Assembly: GCF_001194135.2 (NCBI RefSeq) | Contig: NC_069008.1 | Location: forward strand, 8,792,940 to 8,830,434 | Length of the DNA stretch: 37,495 nucleotides | Origin: Octopus bimaculoides | Taxonomy: Eukaryota | Direction of reading: 5' to 3' | Position numbers and translations under genes: made by a program | Notes under the pieces: generated by a model | What the model saw: the letters and a program-made list of their open reading frames with translations, nothing else | The model's database searches: none | Told to the model about the DNA's origin: nothing | In this document: positions 34,365 through 37,495 of the stretch, piece after piece | Numbering within the stretch: the first letter of the stretch is position 1 | Layout: every line of letters begins with the position of its first letter

Positions 34365-34796
34365 CATCATTTAACATCCATCTTCCATGCATGCATGGGT
34401 AAGATGGTTGAGGGGAGACGGCCAGGTAGAAGACTACCCAATGGCTACTGCATCTGTTTTACACTGGGCCAAAGCAGTCCTTCGAATTTCTCTTGCTATT
34501 TGAGAAACCTTAGTCTTTCTAGCAAGAATAGCATATTGTTAACTTCATAAGAATTTATAAACTTTGCAAAAATGAGAAATAATTCTTTATTTTTTTGAAA
34601 CAGTGGATCTCAAAGAAGAATGCCTGTCATGTTTGCAGATGTAGGTTCAAATCCCACAGCCAGCATCTGATGTGGGGTTGTGGGAGTGGAGTCCTCAGAC
34701 ACCTTCTCTGTAGGGTCCTATCAGAAGCAACTGTCATTAGATTTTCCAGATGGAAGGGCATCCAGCTGCAACTGGAAAATGTTTTGTTTGAGGAGT

Positions 34797-34834
<38 letters not shown>

Positions 34835-34978
34835 AGAGAGTGTGATAGTAGAATGTTGGCCAATGGCAAGAGTGAGTGAATGATGAATAGCAAAAGACTA
34901 GTACAACACACATACACACACACATACAGTGTTGAAGGCTGTGCCCAAGCAAAGTGACAAAACTGAACAAATACTTAC

Positions 34979-35091
34979 CAGGACCAACACCTAACACAGT
35001 TTTGGATCCAGGAGTTATTTGTGTGTGGCCAGCATCAGATATCAAGCTGGCATTTAAACCAGCATCTATAGCTTTACGAGTGAGCTCCAAT
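34979..35091 (-). CDS. PTRH2: Peptidyl-tRNA hydrolase 2, penultimate exon: [37 protein letters not shown](G)
   Basis: Acceptor TTTGTTTGTTTTTCAG and donor G|GTAAGT; 113 nt. Contains the PTH2 signature DAG(R/H)TQI.PGS.TVLG.GP and joins in frame to 28861-28812. Confidence 0.95.
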
Positions 35092-35149
35092 CTGAAAAAC
35101 AAACAGATGAACATATACATTATGTGTGATTGTGTATACATATACATAC

Positions 35150-35310
35150 ATCATCATTTAATGCCCGTTTTCCATGCTGGCTGGTAAGGCCAGGGGCCAC
35201 ACCATGCTCCATTGTCTGTTCTGGCATGGTTTCTAATGGCTGGATGCCCTTCAACCACTCCACAGAGTGTACTGGGTGCTTTTTATGTGGCACCGGCACC
35301 AGTGCTTTTA
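35150..35310 (-). mobile_element. Family B repeat (intronic)
   Basis: CATCATTTAATGCCCGTTTTCCATGCTGG...GGATGCCCTT..ACCACTCCACAGAGTGTACTGGGTGC. Confidence 0.75.
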
Positions 35311-35329
35311 ACTTGGCAACAGCACATAC

Positions 35330-35384
<55 letters not shown>

Positions 35385-35596
35385 TATAAGCAATAGAGGC
35401 ACTAAAAGTCAATATGAGTTTCTCATGGTAATTACTGCAGTATAGCTTGTTCTAACAAAATGATGTTTAAGTGGGGATAAATGTGTGTGTGCGTGTTTGT
35501 AAGTGTGTATATATGATGATATACATATATACACACACACATACAAGGCACATTCCAGATGTGAAGCAGTTAGGTGATGCAGTTATAACTATCCTA

Positions 35597-35760
35597 TCAT
35601 CATCATCATCGTTTAACGTCCGCTTTCCATGCTAGCATGGATTGGATGATTTGACTGAGGACTGGTGAACCAGGAGGCGACACCAGGCTCCAATCTGATT
35701 TGGCAGAGTTTCTACAGCTGGATGCCCTTCTTAACACCAACCACTCCGAGAGTGTAGTGA
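35597..35760 (-). mobile_element. Family B repeat (intronic)
   Basis: Close match to 26268-26420. Confidence 0.85.
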
Positions 35761-36040
35761 TCCTACATTATAGAAATTTTAGTATATCATTACTACATAT
35801 CTAATAAGCTGACCTGCCAACTTTTGTTATTCCAGATTGAAGGAGATGGCTGTAATTGCACTTTGAACACACCCTACTAAACATTAGCAAAATTTTTATC
35901 TGGTAAAATCTAAAAGAGACAATCTCCCAACCAGGATACCCCTAACTGTAATTAATATAATCAGATAGGATCTACTTTTCCCAATAATTGACATAATTAC
36001 AAGGTTAAAAAATGAATTTATTGCTCCATGGTCAAGTCAA

Positions 36041-36453
36041 TCCTTTAGCATTTAAACCAGCCATATCAGGCTTTATGTTCAAATTGGCCAGATCCAGGCT
36101 CTTACACTTACCCTACAATGTCATTCTAAGAATAAACAATAACATCATTGAAACTTCAAAGCTATGAGAAAATGCATGATTAATTCAAAACAATGTGAAT
36201 AAATAAACATTAGATTTGACAGAGTAATCTGGACGCTAAAGGGTTAAACTGGCCATCTCCAGCTCAAATGTTCTACTTGTTTAATATTCAAACCAGCCAG
36301 ATCTGGCCTTTTACACCTTCTCCATAATGTCATTCTAAAAATAAACAATCACATTGTTGAGATCTCTCAGCTAAGAGATAATGCATGATTAATTAAAAAA
36401 CAATGTGAATAAAAAAGCAGAACATTTAACAGAGTAATCTGAATACTAAAGGA
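36041..36453 (+). mobile_element. Tandem dimer of piggyBac-like MITE
   Basis: Copy 1 spans 36041-36243 and ends GCTAAAGGG|TTAA. Copy 2 starts at that TTAA, lacks the first TIR bases, and ends ATACTAAAGGA. Confidence 0.75.
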
Positions 36454-36482
36454 ATAAAAGAGGTTTTATCAACAAACAGGTG

Positions 36483-36556
36483 GTGAGGCTGTGTGGTAAG
36501 CTTGCTTCCCAACCACATGGTTCCAGGTTCAGTCCCACTGCATGACACCTTGGACA

Positions 36557-36616
<60 letters not shown>

Positions 36617-36850
36617 CATGCACGTGTGCGCACCTGTGTTTGTGCTTGTGTCTGTCTCCCACCACTACTCGACAACCAGTGTTGGTTTGTTTATGTCCCC
36701 ATAATGTATAGGTTCAGCAAAAAGAGATGGATAGAATAAGTACCATGTTTAGTAAAATAAATACTGGGGTTGATTTGTTCAACGAAACCTTTCAAGGCAG
36801 TGCTCCAGCATGGCAGCAGTCTAATGACTGAAACAAGTAAAAGACAGAAG
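36483..36850 (+). mobile_element. SINE family A with internal deletion and long (TG)n
   Basis: Head truncated after CCTTGGACAAG, then (TG)n at 36560-36612, then tail. Confidence 0.85.
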
Positions 36851-37313
36851 ATAAAAACAGGAGGCAATTCCAGTGAATTTTCGGAGAACCTCAACACACA
36901 CACACACATGTCCTTTTGTGCTACTAGTTATTTCTCTCTTTGGAACCTCATCCTTTTCATATCCCTACCTCATTCTCAATATCATCCCTTCTTACTTTAT
37001 TTTCCACTGATCACCCTTTCTCTGCCACCAGTTATATCTCTCCCTTTCCCCTGAGCTACATCTCATGACTGTCATATCCCATTCTCAACCCCTTCTCATA
37101 TCTGCCATTGGCTGCCCTCTGCCTTTGTTTGCCACTCACTGTATCCATTCCTACATATCTCTCACCTACATCTTCATCACTGCACATCTCTCTCTTGATG
37201 TTAGCACATGATAACAAAAACAACTCAAAATAAAACCAAATATTTATTAAAAAAAAAAAAACAAGAATCAACTCATGTCCCCTAATAAATCAATAAACAA
37301 CAAAATCATTACC

Positions 37314-37495
37314 AGGAGACAGTTGCAGGAGAAATACCTAGCTAAGGATAAACCTCTGTACCTGGCTTTCGTTGACATGGAGAAAGCCTTTGACAGGGTC
37401 CCCCGATCCCTTATCTGGTGGTCAATGAGGAAACTTGGGATAGAAGAATGGTTAGTGAGAGCTGTGCGAGCCATGTACAGAGATGCTGCCAGTAA
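37314..37495 (+). mobile_element. 5'-truncated RTE LINE reverse transcriptase fragment (continues past the window edge)
   Basis: Open frame RRQLQEKYLAKDKPLYLAFVDMEKAFDRVPRSLIWWSMRKLGIEEWLVRAVRAMYRDAAS, containing the RTE RT motif FVDxEKAFDRVP. Confidence 0.92.

Noticed and set aside
3861-36850. tRNA genes or a CRISPR-like array suggested by recurring A/B boxes and repeats
   Set aside because: The boxes belong to dispersed SINE heads with no cloverleaf. The repeats are not regularly spaced, and no cas genes are present.
35092-37495. Search for further upstream PTRH2 exons
   Set aside because: I found no phase-compatible segment resembling the PTH2 N-terminal motifs; they probably lie beyond the window.

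Overview
Repeat-dense, AT-rich eukaryotic DNA with about ten N-gaps. The repeat families and microsatellite load suggest a coleoid cephalopod, probably Octopus (inference). The only host gene I can support is the 3' end of peptidyl-tRNA hydrolase 2 (PTRH2/PTH2) on the minus strand: two spliced exons (35091-34979 and 28861-28812) followed by a poly(A) signal and GU-rich element. Upstream exons appear to lie beyond the right edge. The rest is mostly transposon debris: a mariner, a full-length decayed Tigger/pogo, a maT/rosa-like element, piggyBac-like and other MITEs, RTE, R4/Dong-like and HERO-like LINE fragments, a Penelope GIY-YIG fragment, and many tRNA-derived SINEs. Most ORFs in the supplied track are microsatellite or gap artefacts. 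Best leads: (1) four minus-strand hammerhead-ribozyme-like motifs, one with an unusually long helix II at the end of an unexplained 1.2-kb AT-rich block; (2) a His codon in PTRH2 (DAGHTQ) that one A-to-I edit would turn into the usual eukaryotic Arg; (3) a Penelope endonuclease fragment enclosed by ~305-bp inverted repeats. I found no convincing new multi-gene system. No database searches were run; all family names come from motif recognition.
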